DNA of 64,000 nt from Protoeuglena noctilucae (Eukaryota), in contig OY253681.1 of assembly GCA_958009085.1 (NCBI GenBank), positions 744,001-808,000 of the forward strand. Reading direction: 5' to 3'. The position numbers and the translations under genes were made by a program. Of this stretch, positions 22,501 through 36,091 are shown in pieces. The notes below the pieces were generated by a model that was not told the DNA's origin, did not search any database, and worked only from the letters and a program-made list of their open reading frames with translations. The stretch's first letter is position 1. Every line of letters begins with the position of its first letter.

Positions 22501-24125
22501 ATTCCCGAGGCGAGAATGCGAATATTTAGCAATTGCGGGCGCCGCGGCCGGCCGCGATGTCCGCGTTGCGTGCAGGCAACGGTTGTTGCGATGCCAGCCC
22601 CGTGCTGCGACCTCTCCCGCCCTCCCCGTCCTCCCCCGCCCCCGCAGCTGCATTTGCAAACATATATAGCATTGATATTCACCGCTCTTTTCATCGCTCG
22701 CGTCCTCGCAGCTGGAAGCGGAGATGTATCCACCAGCGCCCATCCGTGCCCAGGCGGACGGCGATGTGCCTCAGTTCTCCCGCACCACCCTCGTCCCCGC
22801 CTTTAACTTCGTCAGCCGGCGCACCAACCTCCCGGCCCTCGAGTCCCTCTACCGCGTCCAGGCGAGCGACGTGGAGTGTCACGTCCACGACGCCACGCTC
22901 ATGACCACGCATCGCGCTGTGCTTGGACCGTCGTCGAAAACATATACAATTACCTTGCCGACTTCCACTCCCGTCCTACACCGCGCACGCTCACTTGGAC
23001 TCCGCTCCCCTCACCCCCTCATCCCCACCTCATCCTCGTCATGCTCAACCCCACCCACCTGTCACCCACCCCTCCCTCCCCTCCCAGGCCCGCACCGTCG
23101 CGAGCCGCGCCAAGGACCCGAGATCTCGCCTGGGCATCCAGAGCCAGGCCATGCCTCTTGCAGCCGTTAGCGGCGCCCCCTCCCACGCCGCCTCGACCCC
23201 CGGAGTGACTGGCACCGGGTCAATCCCCACTGACACCCCGCGTAAGAAACGGGGGGTGCTGGGCCTGCGCCCGCTGGGGCATCTGTCCCTGGGCATCAAA
23301 CTGCGCAAGCCGCGCCGGGAAGATTCGTTCATCGTCTCTGAAGCAAAGGTGAAGGTGGCGGGGGGGCAGCCGGAGCTGCGGTGGGGAGAGGGGTCGTCGA
23401 GGGGTGGGGTTGGGGCGTGGGGGAGGGCAAACGGGGGTGACGGGCATGAGGGGTCGCGGGGCGGGCGCGGGAGCGGTGGTGGGTACGGTGGGGATGAGGG
23501 AGAGGGGTCGCAACCGCACGCATCGGCCCAAGCTTCGGTGGTGGCGCGGGGCGGTGGTAGCGGGGGCTGGGAGGGGTTGTCAGAGAGAGGTGTTGGCGCA
23601 GGGAGTGGCGGGAGGGGTGCGGGGGGTGAGGTGGGGGGGAGTGGGAGCGGGGGCTGGGAGGGTGGGGGCGGCGGTGGGAAGCAGAGGGCAGGGAGTGAGG
23701 AGAGGGGGGGGCATCCCCATGGGAGGGTGGTACATGAGCACAGGGGTGGTGAGGGGGATAAGGAGGGTGGCGGGGTGCGGCGGGGTGGGGCTGAGGAGGG
23801 AGGGGGGGGTGGTGGGGGCGGTGCAAGTGCTGGTGCGGGTGTGGGTGCAGGTGGCAGGACGGACACTGGCAGCAGGGAGGGTGTGGATGGGTATGGTGAG
23901 GGAGATGAGGGTGATAGGAGAGATGGTGGCGAGGAGGAGGGTGGGGATGGGGCAGACACGGTGCGTGCGGAGTGGGCTGCTGCTGCGGGGGACCTCTCAA
24001 TTGGTCTGCCTGGCTTTGGCATGTCTGAGGCGATCCTGCGTCACGCGAATGACGGGGCGGGGATGGGCTACCTGAGCGCTCGCAGCTCAGGGCATGAGCA
24101 TGGGGGTGGGAGGGGCGGGGAGTAG
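16580..24125 (+). CDS. Putative chimeric voltage-gated K+ channel: signal peptide + large ectodomain + extra TM + 6-TM Kv core + unrecognised cytosolic tail
   Basis: Signal-like start MGILRWLAVALLAGALRPALA. TM LMVLYLVWAGFVIVLTTSVFFMA followed by RWYYRRK. A phase-0 GT-AG intron at 19410-19721 joins this in frame to S1-S4 (…FKIFR|LARILKIFRVVRAYR) and the pore NIWFSIVTVTTIGYGDMAP. In-frame TGA at 18744-18746. The channel core itself is near certain; the fusion is less so. Confidence 0.75.
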
Positions 24126-24457
24126 CGTGGGAGGCGGCTGGGTGGTGGGTGGGGTGGGAGGTGGCGAGTAGCGTGGGAGAGGGAGCGCTTGCGCCGTTTT
24201 TTAGCAACATTGGAGACCGAGACACTGGGAGTGTTTATCTGGACACCGTAACAGTGCGTGTGCCGTGTTTCCTTTGTTGTTGTTGCAGAGACTTTTGTGT
24301 TATGTGTAGGCGTGGCACGTGGCAGTCGCGTGACATGGCGTGATATGTCGAGACTTTTGAATAGACAGTTGAAGAGTAGTAATAAGAGGTTGGCTTATAT
24401 GCACGGTGCGCTAGCAATCGCGCAATCTTACGTACATAGCACAGTTACACCTGCGCC

Positions 24458-27400
24458 CTAGTCATTCCCACTCTGCCCCCGCGCCCGTTTAGTCCCCGAA
24501 GCACGTTTCCTACCCGCGCCCTGCTTCCTACCCGCACCCTCCCCATTATCAGCCCCATCACCCCTTGCGACATCGCTACCCCCAACACCGCTCCCACCAC
24601 AGCCACCATTTGCACAAGTGTCGCCAAAGCCGAATCGAAAGACATCTGCACCTCCCTCCCCCTCTTCGGAACCCTTTGCTATGCCACTGGCACTCCCACC
24701 GCCTCCCCCAGATTCAAACCCAAACCTGAAGCCACCCCCACCGCCCTCACCAAGCCCCTCCCTGTCCCTCGCCCCTTCGCCACCCTCCCTCCCCACATCC
24801 CCCGCCCCCACCCCTCCCTCTCCCTCTCCCTCACCACCCCGCCCCGCCCCTCCCTCCCCACTCCCACCACCGCCCCTCTCACCCCCGCCATTCGCCCTCG
24901 CTCCCACCCCACTCGCACCACCCCCAGCAAAGAGAGACGCGAGCTTCGGCGCTCTCCCTCTCACTTCCTCCGCCCTCCTCTCCCTCACTGCCGCGTTCCT
25001 TGCCCAAGCATCTGGGTCACGCTCATTGATGGCTGACATCAACCAGTCGCAGAGCAAGGGGCGGTCCGACTGCAAGAAACGGACGGGAGGATATAATATG
25101 GGTTTGATTGATGCGCTTGTGCAATGGGAGAGCTTTGGGTTCGAAAGGTGTGAATCGCAAACACGCTGCCACTCCCGCCCCTCGCGCTCGCTGCCACCCT
25201 CACTGCCACCCCCACTGCTACCCTCACTGTCACCCTCTTATTACCACCATCGCTGCCACCCCCACTGCCACCCTTATCGCCGCCCCCACTGCCACCCCCA
25301 CTGCTACCCTCACTGCCACCCTCACCTCTCCATACTAACACCACAGCATACCACACAGCATGCCTTCACCTCCGGGCACCCCGAAACGAGATCCGGGTCC
25401 CTGGTCTCGAGCACTCGCATCACACGATCGAGATTGGCAGAAGAAACGAAGTTCTGGGTCACGGCGATGGAGGTGCCGGGGTCGATGTTCATGACGCAGT
25501 GCCACCAGCCGGACGGGACGAAGACGACATCACCGGGGGAGCAGATGCACTGTGGAGAGAGTGAGGGTGAGGGTGAGGGTGAGGGTGAAAGGGAGGGTTA
25601 GAGTGGTGATAAGGGTGGCAATGTGGGTGAGGGTGATTGCAAGGGTGGCAGTAAAGGTGACAGCAAGGACGAGTGTGCAAGTAGAGCAGTGTTTGAACCA
25701 CATCACGCGAAGCAATCAACAGATTGTCGCTACTAAGCACCATGCATTCGCAAAGTAGCTCGCCTCGAATGGCCTCACGGGTCCCTTCTTCGTTTCCACA
25801 TAGAACTTGTCGAACCACTCCATGAGGCTCAGAGGGGTGGCCACCGTGGCACCGCCCTCGCTCACGCGCACGCCCGGGGGGGTGTGGTTCGGAGGGTAGA
25901 GCACCCACTTCTTCCGGCCGCGGACCTGTGTTGTTGTAGGAGATGAGCGGATGGCACCGGCGATGGTGATGGGTTGCATCTATCTGTCCATGTATGTCAA
26001 CCTCTCACCGGCGCGTTCCACGCAACGTGCTATCATCGCATAGCACAATCTCGCTCCCTCACCGGTGCGTTCCATGCGCTGGTGCCGTTGGGATCGACGT
26101 GGAAGGAGGACCCACTGCGCTGCCCGCCCACGATGAGCCATCGGTAATCGGGGCGACGGTCGCTCAGCAGAGAGAAGAGGTCCTCGGAAAATACACGGGG
26201 GACCTGGACGAAGTGACGAGGATCACATTGCATGAGGAATAGAACCCTAGCACCACATCATACGGCAGCGGTGGTAACAACGGCAGTCGCGGCAAAGATT
26301 GCATCGCTGCGCGACATCCACGAGGTGCAGAGGACCTGGTTGCATGCAATAACAGTTTCGTTATACAATTCCCACTCTCCCCGCACCTGGAAGTCAGCAG
26401 CCAGCTCGGGCGCCGTCTCTGCGAACGTCTTGTCGAACAAGTAGAGCGGCTGCTCGTCCCGGTTCTGCGCGCGACGCCGCAATGCGTTTGTTTATCATAA
26501 CACTTCGATTATGCGCGAGATGCATGGCGCAGCGAAGGCTTATTGAGGTGTCAGGCTATTGATGCTCGCCTCTTGCAGGTACCGCTTGTACTCGTCCCAG
26601 GTGGTCGGGGCGTTGGACACGATGACGGGCTTGCCCCGGAAGGCCTTTCCGAGGTAGCCGTCCGTCCACTTGCGCAGGGCAGGCCAATCGCGGGTGGCGC
26701 CCTGGGTGCACGTGCCGGGGTGCATGCGTGTCATTTCCAGGCAAAATGGTAAAGCTACCAAATCCAAGAGCTTCTCAGAAACCCATGTGCAAGAAGGCAT
26801 TGATCATGCACGCCCCGTTCATCTATGCCACGCCGCAAAGTCCAAACTCGCCTCGATGACGACTGGCCGGTTGCGGGCCTCAAATCGCTCGCGGAAGCCC
26901 TCCACGTCCTTTGCCGCGATGCGGGGCATGTTATCGACATCCAGCCACGCCGGGTCAATCTGCGGGAAGGGCTCTGCCGATGTTAGGATGGCGCTGACGC
27001 AAAGTGCAGCTGCACGCGTTTTGATGCGATGCGCCCCTCGCCTCCCTGTGAGCGTACATCCAGGGCTCGTAAAGAACGTCGGAGAAGACGCTGCGCAGGA
27101 CGCGGGGCCTGCAAAACGGGAAAACGCAGCGCACATGAGATCTGAGTGTGCCCTGAGGTACAAAGGGCGGATTCAGTCGCCGGGCCCCAGAAAGCGAGCC
27201 CTGCTTATAAATGGGGTGCCAGTAAGATTGACGGCACCTCATGCAGAGAATTGCACTTTCAGAAGCGCAGGCAGTCACCGCAGCGCCTGGTCGGAGGAGC
27301 GGGGACGGAACTGGGACGGGTTGGACCACCGCGCATACGTCTCGCGCCATGAGAATCGGAATTGGAGGACACCCTCGCTCGCACGAAGCGCCAGCGCGCG

Positions 27401-27845
27401 CCAGATGTCCTCATGAAACGCTGCAACGATGCCGCAAGCAGCCGGGCATCATGCGCCTGCGCAAGCAGCGATGCGTCGTAGGTCATCCGTCAGCGGCCGC
27501 TCACCGAAAGCGTACATCGTCTGGCTCGTCGCGGCGAGGTTGCAGAGGTCCCGGGCGTCGAGATATCCCAGCACCATCAGCAGCTGCGCGCAGAGGGCGG
27601 CTGGCGGCCGTGAGATGCGCGAAACGACGCCGCGGGTATGCCAACGCGATCTACTAGTCAATATTCAGGCAATGAGTGGCCCACATGGCGCAAATGGCGC
27701 TCACCGTGTGGTCTTCCAGTGCCGCGAGCGAGCCAAGGCCCTGACGGCGGCGGACGGGGGGAAGTACGTCCCTTTTATCGTCGCGTCCGTCTCCGGAAGA
27801 CATAAAATACGAGCCCCATGGGCGGACGCCCATCGGATGAGCCAT
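24458..27845 (-). CDS. F-box + JmjC domain protein (JMJD6/plant JMJ22-like)
   Basis: F-box-like [32 protein letters not shown]. JmjC motifs [69 protein letters not shown] and [12 protein letters not shown]...AVTQNFVS. Confidence 0.9.
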
Positions 27846-28303
27846 CGCGCTAAGGTGCCCAGCCGAAGGGGCAAGCCTACAGCGCCCCGGGTTTTCCGAG
27901 CTTCTGTGTCTCTACCGCGCGACTGGAGTCAATGGAATCACGAGGTGTAACCGGTGGAACGAGGGGACTCTAGCGAGCCCCCTTTGTGAGCTGGCGGTGT
28001 CAGTTTGCAGCACAGTGCTATTTGACATGCGGCCTCGAGGCTGACATCCCACAGGGTGGGCCACAACGACACACGTCTGCCCGGCCTCTACTGCTGCCTG
28101 TCGTGGCTGGGTCGCACCTCCCCAGCACCGCAGCCGCCCACACCGCGCCAACGCTGGTCCCTAGACCACCTGCACTCATTCACGGCACAGAGCGTCGCCA
28201 TCAGACCCACGCTTGCATTCGACTGCCCAAGCCCGCCAACGGCCCAGCCCGCACCACACACCCACTCTGCCACATCCCAACACCCCTCACCTAACCCCCG
28301 TGG

Positions 28304-29911
28304 TCAGCCGTGCCCGCCACTGCTCTGCTCGACCCGCAGCTCGGCCACTATGCGCTCCAGCAGCCCCAGCTCCCCGCCCGCGTTGATCAGGTTGCCATGC
28401 TCCATGGGAACCAGCTCCGCGCCGCGGTCCGCCAACCGCAGCACCACCTCGTGTCTGGGCGGCGAGTCAGTTGCGGCGACGTAGATGGGCGTCGAGATCT
28501 CGGAGTCTAACGCCTCCAGGTCTGCCCCGGCGTCCAGCAGCAGGTCGACGCACGCCGCGGTGCGGACCACGTGCAGGGGCGTCTGGCAATCGGCATCGAT
28601 GGCCTCGACGTCGGCCCCCGCCGCCAGCAGCAGCCGCGTCATCTCCGCGGCATCTGACTCGCGGTGGTGTTGCACCGCGCAGTGGAGAGCCGTGCTGCCC
28701 CTGTCGCCCGTGCAATCGACGTCCGCGCCCAGCTTGATCATAGCGCGGACGGCGCCGACGCGGCCATAAGAGCAGGCCCGCAAGAGTGGGGATTCGCGGA
28801 CCCCATCGCCCTGGACGCTCGCCCCATGCGCCGCCAGCCACCGCACCATCTCCCCCTCCACCGCGAAATGCATCGCGCCGAGCCCCAGCCTGCCAATGGC
28901 AGAAAAGCCGGCCTTGGCATCTGCCATGGCCTCCAGGATGGCCAGGTCGCCTCGAGCCACGACGATGTGAAGGGCTGAACTTAACTCGCCGTCCTCCTCA
29001 TTCACGTCCGCACCCGCCTCCACCATCCGGTGCACGATGCCCGGCGTCGGCTGACCGTCGCACACCGCCACCAGTTTCTCGTCACCGGTACCAGGCTCGG
29101 CCTTGGCCGACGCCCCCTTCTCCAGCAGCAGCTCCACCACCGCCTCGTGGCCCATGCGCCCGGCATGCACCAGCGCCGTCCACAAAGTGCTGCCGGAGGT
29201 GCCTTTCCCATCCACCTCCGCCCCCGCGTTCAGGCACGCCTTGACCGCCTCCAAGCAGCCCCGCATCGCGCAGTACGTCATCAGCGGCCATGCGAGCCTC
29301 AACCGCGAGTTGAGATCCGCCCCCAACCCCGCCGCCACCCGCACCGCCCGCGCCACCTCCCCGTCCCCAAGCGCGTACGCCCACTCCACCTTGCCATCCG
29401 CCCCGCGCCCCACCGGCCGCAAAGCCCGCACCGCCACCATCAGCGGTGATTGGTCCCGAAACACCGCGTTCCAGGAAATGCCGTTGATGTCCGGCCCCTC
29501 CGCCACCAGCATGGCCTGCCTCCACAGCCCCATGCTGGCCAGGTGGTGCGCGTAGGACCCCTTACACGCGTACACCATGAGCGGGCCGAACTTGAGCTTG
29601 TGCTCATTTTCTTGACACATGATGTACTTGCGGATCTCCTCGCTTGTGGCCTCCGCCGTGGCCCGGATGCCCCACTCCCTCCACACCTCGTCCACCTCGT
29701 CATGCATCTCCCGCGACACACCCCGCGCCGCCGTCGCGTCGCGCAGCGGCACCAGCCGCAGAATCTCGTGATGCAGCTCCCCGGGCAGGTCGTCCCACCC
29801 TGCACGCGCCAACGGACCACGCAAGGTGCCCTCACGAAGCCACGGCTATGCAACAGCGGATGGCTTCAGCGCCTCACTCACGGTCGTTGCCGACATGTCC
29901 ACGCGCTCCAT
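28304..29911 (-). CDS. N-terminal F-box-like + ankyrin repeat protein (at most one short 5' intron)
   Basis: WDDLPGELHHEILRLVPLRDATAARGVSREM is F-box-like. It is followed by several ankyrin repeats (TALVHAGRMGHEAVVELLLEKGA, SPLLRACSYGRVGAVRAMIKLGAD, GSTALHCAV, QTPLHV) in one ~1.5 kb exon. Confidence 0.85.
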
Positions 29912-30399
29912 TTATCAAACTCCGCAGGCCGCCTACAAGCCCCGCCTGCGAACACGCCCGCCGCGCAAGGTCTTTAACAGTCACGCCGGACATTCAACCG
30001 GCGCAGGCGCGGCGCCGGAGGCCTCTTTTGTCCTTTGCCAGCCCCGTCCTGCCAGGCAGTTATATATCCTACTCACAAGTTCTATGCCCGGCTCTGTCGG
30101 CCCTGGAACGTTGCGCCGTCAGGACTCAAGCTGCGTTACGTGAACAAGCAAGTTCTAGCTCACTCCGCTCGCGTTCTCGCGACCGATGCCTCAAGCTCGC
30201 ATCCGACAACTCGCGAGATGTGTGCTGCGCCAGGTCCGAGCCCCGCGGTCGGTGCCCGGGCCGCGCGGGGGAGGCCCCGCGTCGGTTGCGCGCCAGGCCG
30301 GCGATTGCAGCGTCCGTGAGCCCGCCAAGCTGGCAGACATCGCGTTGTTGCTGGATATTTATTGAGAAAATCGGCGCCATCAGTCATCAACGCGCCATC

Positions 30400-33300
30400 A
30401 TGGGCGGCCGGGCTCTGCGCGCCCTGTGCGCGAGTGCGTCCTGGGCCGCACGGGGGCTGGTTGCCGACGCTGCGCCTGCCGCCGCGCTGGCAGGAAATCC
30501 GTTCGTTTTGGAGTCCTCCAACTCGCGAGCCTCCATGCACGCGGAGGCGTCCAGCCGAGGCGCCGCGGGGGACCCCCGCCAGAGCACGCCCCCGCCGCCG
30601 CGCCTGTGGCCCTGGGCCCTCTCCGGAGCCGCGGCGCTGGCGTGCGCGAGTGCTGTCATCGCGGAGTCTCCGTCACAGGGCGCGGAGGGGCCCGCGTCTC
30701 GCTCCGACCGCGCGGAGGGCCTGCGAGCCTTCCTTTCGCGCATCGGAGTCGATTTGCGGGGCCTCTCGCTGGGTCCCTCTCCATCTGCCGGCGCATCGAA
30801 TGATGACATGGGCATTCTATTCACTGACGAGGCCCGTCGGCGCGTGTTGGGCTCGGCGGCGTGGCGCGCGGCCTCGTGGGTGCTGCCCTGGACGTGGTTC
30901 GGATCCGCGACGCTCGCTACGTTCCCTTTGCCCGCGACCATCTCCGCCGACAGCGCCGCGAGCGACCCGGTCTTCGGCGGCGCGATCTCCGAGTGCATGG
31001 CGGCGGGGCTGGCGGACGAACGGGTGGCGCTCGCGATGTACCTGGCCATGCATCGGTGAGCCGCTTGCTTGGTGGGTGATGCGTGATGGGCGATGTGAAG
31101 GAGAGTAGCTGTGATTTGTGATTAACATGGTGTGCTTTGCTGAGAGTGGGTGGTGTGTTGGGATGGGGGCGTGCATGAGAGGTGGAGCGCACTTGTATGA
31201 CGTGACAGTCTCACACGAACCACCACGCCCTCACCGCCCTCGCAGGTCCCTGGGAGCCAAGTCTCCGCTCTACGACTACCTGCGCGCGTTGCCAGAAACC
31301 ACAGACGCCCCCCTCATGTGGAGCGAGCAGGAGCTGGAGGAGATACGGTGAGTTGTTTGGGGTTGTGGTTACAGTCGAGAGTGATGCAGTGGTGGGTGCT
31401 AGAGATACGGTGAATGACACGGGGTTGAAGTGCAATATAGATGGCACCGTGCACGCACGTACTCCATCCACAATTCATTCCCCATGCTTGCTCCCATCTC
31501 CCCCACCCAGGGGCACCCCGCTGTTCGAGGCGGCATCGGCGATGCGGGCGGCGGTGCAGCGGCAGTGGGAGCGGTTCGGCCCTTTGATGAGAGAGGCGGT
31601 GCGAGCGGCATCGGCATCGCAACCAAGCAAGTCACCATCTGTAGCATCATCCACCACATCCACCTCATCTACTTCATCCATTCCATCCACCCTATCCACC
31701 TCATCCATCCCATCCACCGCATCTGCTACTACCCCATCTTCTACCCAATCTATTTCGTCACCCCCTCGCGACCCTCGCTTGGGCGACTTGCTCTGGGCGC
31801 ACGCGATGGTGGCGTCGAGGGCGGTGGGGCTGCCCACGGGGCCGCACGGGGCAGAGGAGCTGGCATTGGTGCCTGGGCTGGACTTCGCCAATCACCGAAC
31901 GCAGTCGCCCTTCAGATGAGACAGTGTCATGGATGGAGATGTGCCGGGGTGGGGTCGATCAGAAGTGAACGAGTTATGCTCTATTTATGATATCTTCATA
32001 TGTGTTTTGTTTGATTGCTGAACGTATGCGTGAAAGCTGTCATAAAAAAGGATGTATTTATTGCATCATTATCAACTGTCATTGCAGCGGTTGTAACGAT
32101 TGTCAACACGAACCCTTTACATAGTCGCAGGTGGGAGCTTGTCCCTTCCCCCGACCTGTCCTGGGAGCGCTCGCGGGTGGCGCTGGTGGGGCCACGGAGG
32201 GCGGTGTGGGCGCTGCGGTCGGGAGACGAGATCCGCATCGATTACGGCGACAGGGGCCAGGAGGCGATGCTGTTCGCGTACGGGATGCTCAGCAAGGCGA
32301 GGCGGGGGGGGAGAGGGAGGGACTGTATTTTGGAGTTGTCATACCACTTGACGGTAACATCAACTTTCTCATTTGTCACAATGGTTATTTATTTATGGAG
32401 CTTCTTTAAATATGCAGGCTTTATAATCCTGTGATTATTTTCCATCATTACCGCCACCGCAGGGCCCGGGGGACCGCTGGGACCAGGAGCTGCGCCTGGC
32501 CTTCCCCCTGCCGGGCGACCGCGACGAATGGGACGAAGTGACGAAGAAACGCGTCGATTTGCTGGAATATTCGAACATTCTGCCGGGGGTGGCGGTGGGG
32601 GCGTGCCCCGCAGACACGGCCGAGCTGAGGGGGATGACGGGGGAACAGGCGAGGGGGTTTGGGTGGGGTGTGTTTGTTGCATGTAACATACCACAGATAG
32701 GAGCTCATGCCAGATGGACTGCCATGCATGGAAATCAATTCTTCTCTCTGATGTCAATACACCCCCCCCTTCCCTGTCTTACATCAACATTTTAATAAAT
32801 ATTCCAATACTATTCCAGTAACCTTCCTTATTCACCCTCTCCCCTCCCCCAGGCCCTCTCGGCCCTATCACGCGCCGCTTCCCCCGGCAGCTTCGCGGCC
32901 CTGCGGGTATTCACCTTGCTAGAAACGGAGATCGACGCGCTGCACTCGGCGATGCGGGTGTGCCAGGAGCGGGGGACGGAGTTCCGTGGTTTGGACTGGG
33001 GCGACGTTAGGGAGTGGGAGGGCGGGGATCAGATGGCGGTGCTGACGCTGGTGCGGTGAGTGGGTGGGGTGGGTGTATGGGGGATGAGATGGTGGGTATG
33101 CATGGGGGAGTGGCAATCAAATGCCATGAAGTTCGCACCCCTTCCTTGCCCACTTTCTCTGTGTCGAGTTGAGGCCCACCACCCACAACACCGTCGCAGC
33201 TTGCTGGAGGTGCGTTGGGGCGAGCTGGAGGGAGAGGCGGGGCGAGGGACCGGGTCCCTGGAATCTGACGTAGCTTTGCTAGAAAGAGGACAGCTGCCGT

Positions 33301-33428
33301 TGCGATTGCGACTGGCCGTGACATACCGTGCGCACGTCAAGCGTGCGGCGAGGGAGTGGGTGGTGCTGGGGCGGAGGGCGCTGGCTCACGTGATGGAGAG
33401 GGCGAGGGGTGGGGGTGAGGGGAAGTGA
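30400..33428 (+). CDS. SET-domain protein lysine methyltransferase (Rubisco LSMT/SETD3-like)
   Basis: ERVALAMYLAMHR|SLGAKSPLYDYLRALP...PLMWSEQELEEIR|GTPL, LLWAHAMVASRA, ALVPGLDFANH and GDEIRIDYGDRGQEAMLFAYG. The N-terminus looks like an organellar transit peptide. Confidence 0.85.
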
Positions 33429-33761
33429 GGGTGCAGCTTGCTCATGTGATGGAGAGGGCGAGGGCAACGGGTGGGGGTGGGGGTTTGAGAGGAAGTGAGG
33501 GTGGGAAGTGAGGGTGCATGTGAGGGTGCGTGTGAGGGTGGAAGTGAGGGAGCAAGGGGGATGGTGGATGAGAGGGTGGGGTTGCGCAAGCATTGCGTTG
33601 CAAGAGCTACGCTTGCGAGGTTTGAATTTCAAAGCACGCTAGTTGTTGAGTGTATGCGATGACATCAACTCGTGCACACATCCAGTGGCTTGCACTCGAT
33701 CCTATCCCATGCTTGCATTGGTTGGAATGAACTAATTGCGATGATATTATCCCTACTCCAA

Positions 33762-35805
33762 TTAGACCGCCTCGACAGGCGGCAGTCGCATGGCCTCCAG
33801 CCCCGTGCGTGGCTGCCACCGCATCGGAACGCCGAACATCAAATGGACGAAGTTCCTGCGAGAAGGGAAAAGGGGAGGCGGCGGGGAGATGCGTTGTACT
33901 TACTGGTTACCTCTATCTGTATGCTGTCTACGTTTATGTAAACCCATCATACACTACTATGTATAGTAGTGTGACTATACAGACCCATATACAGGCCCAT
34001 CTATCAGTGCGTGTCATGACAACCCCCATCCGCAATATAGACCCTCACCTCCCCAGCGCCGCTGCGCCTCTCTCTCCTCGCACCTCCTGCCCATTGACGG
34101 TGTGGGATTTGGTGGTGACGTCCAGGAATGCCATGCCCAGGTTGGCGAATCCAAACACGAACAGGCTGCCGCCGACTGGGGGGGGGGGATGGGCAGGGGG
34201 AGGTGAGGGTTCTGTGTGTGTATGGACAGGTTGCTGCTGACTTTGGGGGAGTGGGAAGGTGTGGGGGAGAGGTTTGTGAGCATCACTGCACCCGCACTGC
34301 ACCCCCACTGCACCCACTCGCTCCCAACACCCCCCTGCCACCCCCACCAGGCCCCCCCACCACACTCACTGTACCCCGCGAGTATGATCCAGATCGCCGC
34401 CAGGGCCACGTCCCACGCCTGCGTCCCTCTGCCCTCGAATCCCCCCCCGGTGACCTCCCTTACCACCGTGCCTGCGACCGACACCAGCAGCGCCGCGCCT
34501 CCAAAGAAAATGGTCCCCGCGAAGAATCGAACGTTGTACTCGGCGACGCAGCGCCCGAAGACCCCGCAGTGGTGGTCGAACTGGGGGTTTGGGGGGAGGG
34601 GGGGGAGCGAGTGGCATGTGGGGGGTGGTGTGCATGAGAGCGGCGGCATGGAGGGGGTAGGTGTGGAGCAGAGCAGGGTGACATCGATAGCCATGTTGCA
34701 ATGCCTCACCCGCCTCATGCAAAAGCCGCACTGGTTGCAGTGGGTGGTGCGGGGTGGCCGCCAGATGTGGCTGCGGCAACAGAGAAGCAAAGTCAGACAT
34801 CAATGTTATGACAGCAATGGCAAAAGTCATTTGTTGCCATGACTAGGGGACGTCACAGGTTCTCACCACGTGTGGCAGTACTTGAGCCACGCACCCTCTC
34901 CACCCTGCAATGGGGCAGCGACGAGGCAGAATCACCACTCGCAGCAGTGTGTCACATTGACCGCTGACGATCAGTCAGCTGTCGATACTTCCTTTTCAGA
35001 AAAATAGGTCCTCACCCCGACGTGCCTCCGCAGCCAGCTGCGGTGGAGACCGTACATGGCCGAAGCATCGCCCTCCAAACTGTACTCATATCCAGCGACA
35101 GTCACGGGGAACTCGAGTCGCCCTTTGCAGTCGCGGAGCTCCTTCGCGTTCGCGAGCACCACACGATCCGCTGGCTGCGCGTCTCTCGCGTCGCTGCAGT
35201 CATGCGCAAGGTCGCAGGTTTATGTGCTGTGCAACCCTAACCCTATTGCCAGGCGTGCGCTGCGCTGCGCTGCGCACGCGGCTTGCAGAATCTCAGTCAC
35301 CTAATCATTTTATCGACGAGGGCAGCGACGACCGCGTCCGGCTCGGAGGAGGGCGGAACGGTCCCGGCGTCCGCGACCGCCATGCAGAGGCAACAGGCGA
35401 ACGAGGCGCCGGCCAGGATTACGGAAGGGACCTGCCAGTTGACCCAGCGGGACCCGCGCACGCCGAAACCCAGCCCCAATCCGAGCATCGCGAGGATGAA
35501 CGCGGCCACGCCCAGGGGCGGGCCCCACCCGTCCTTCATAAACTCGCCGCCGTCTCCCAGGCGCTGACGGACCAGCCCAGGATCGAAGGCCTTCCGTGCG
35601 TTCTCCGCCTGGCTGCACGCGGGAGTCACAGCGTAAGAAGTGAGCCAGCATTCACTCGAAGCGTTCGCTCGCGTTTGCTCTTGTGCAGCCTCGCTAGCAG
35701 GGCTCGCGGGGAAGAGAGGATCCGAGTCCGGCATCACCTCATTTGCATCGTTGTCTCGGAAGCCGCGGCAGCGTCCTCCCGCGGCGAGGACGCCGCGACG
35801 GGCAT
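33762..35805 (-). CDS. DHHC palmitoyltransferase (S-acyltransferase)
   Basis: Two N-terminal TMs ending in ADAGTVP, then WLKYCHT|CHIWRPPRTTHCNQCGFCMRR|FDHHCGVFGRCVAEYNVRFF, two more TMs, LDVTTK and a final exon RNFVHLMFG ending at TAA. Confidence 0.9.
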
Positions 35806-36091
35806 GGCGCCCCCGCCATGCCACGTGCGGCTGTAGCCGTGGATTGCGGCTTCCGATTTGCCAGCTGCGTAAGGTTCGGGTTTGCGCTTTCGAATACTGA
35901 AGCGGGAGCGCTGCCGATTCCACCCCTTGAGCTTCCAGTAAAACACCTGAGTCGAGAGATTTTTACGCGCTGACCAAGGCCTTCTTCTCGAATCTCGATC
36001 TCCCGCCGCTGGCCAGGTGCGCGCACAAACTCTGAATGCCTTGAGCTGTGACCGATCGCCTGATCCGGGCTATCCAGGGCTTCTGCAAATC

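Noticed and set aside
23045..25601. Long Pro-rich, extensin-like ORFs (also 10305-11042)
   Set aside because: They are reverse complements of Gly-rich exons or G-tracts belonging to genes on the other strand.
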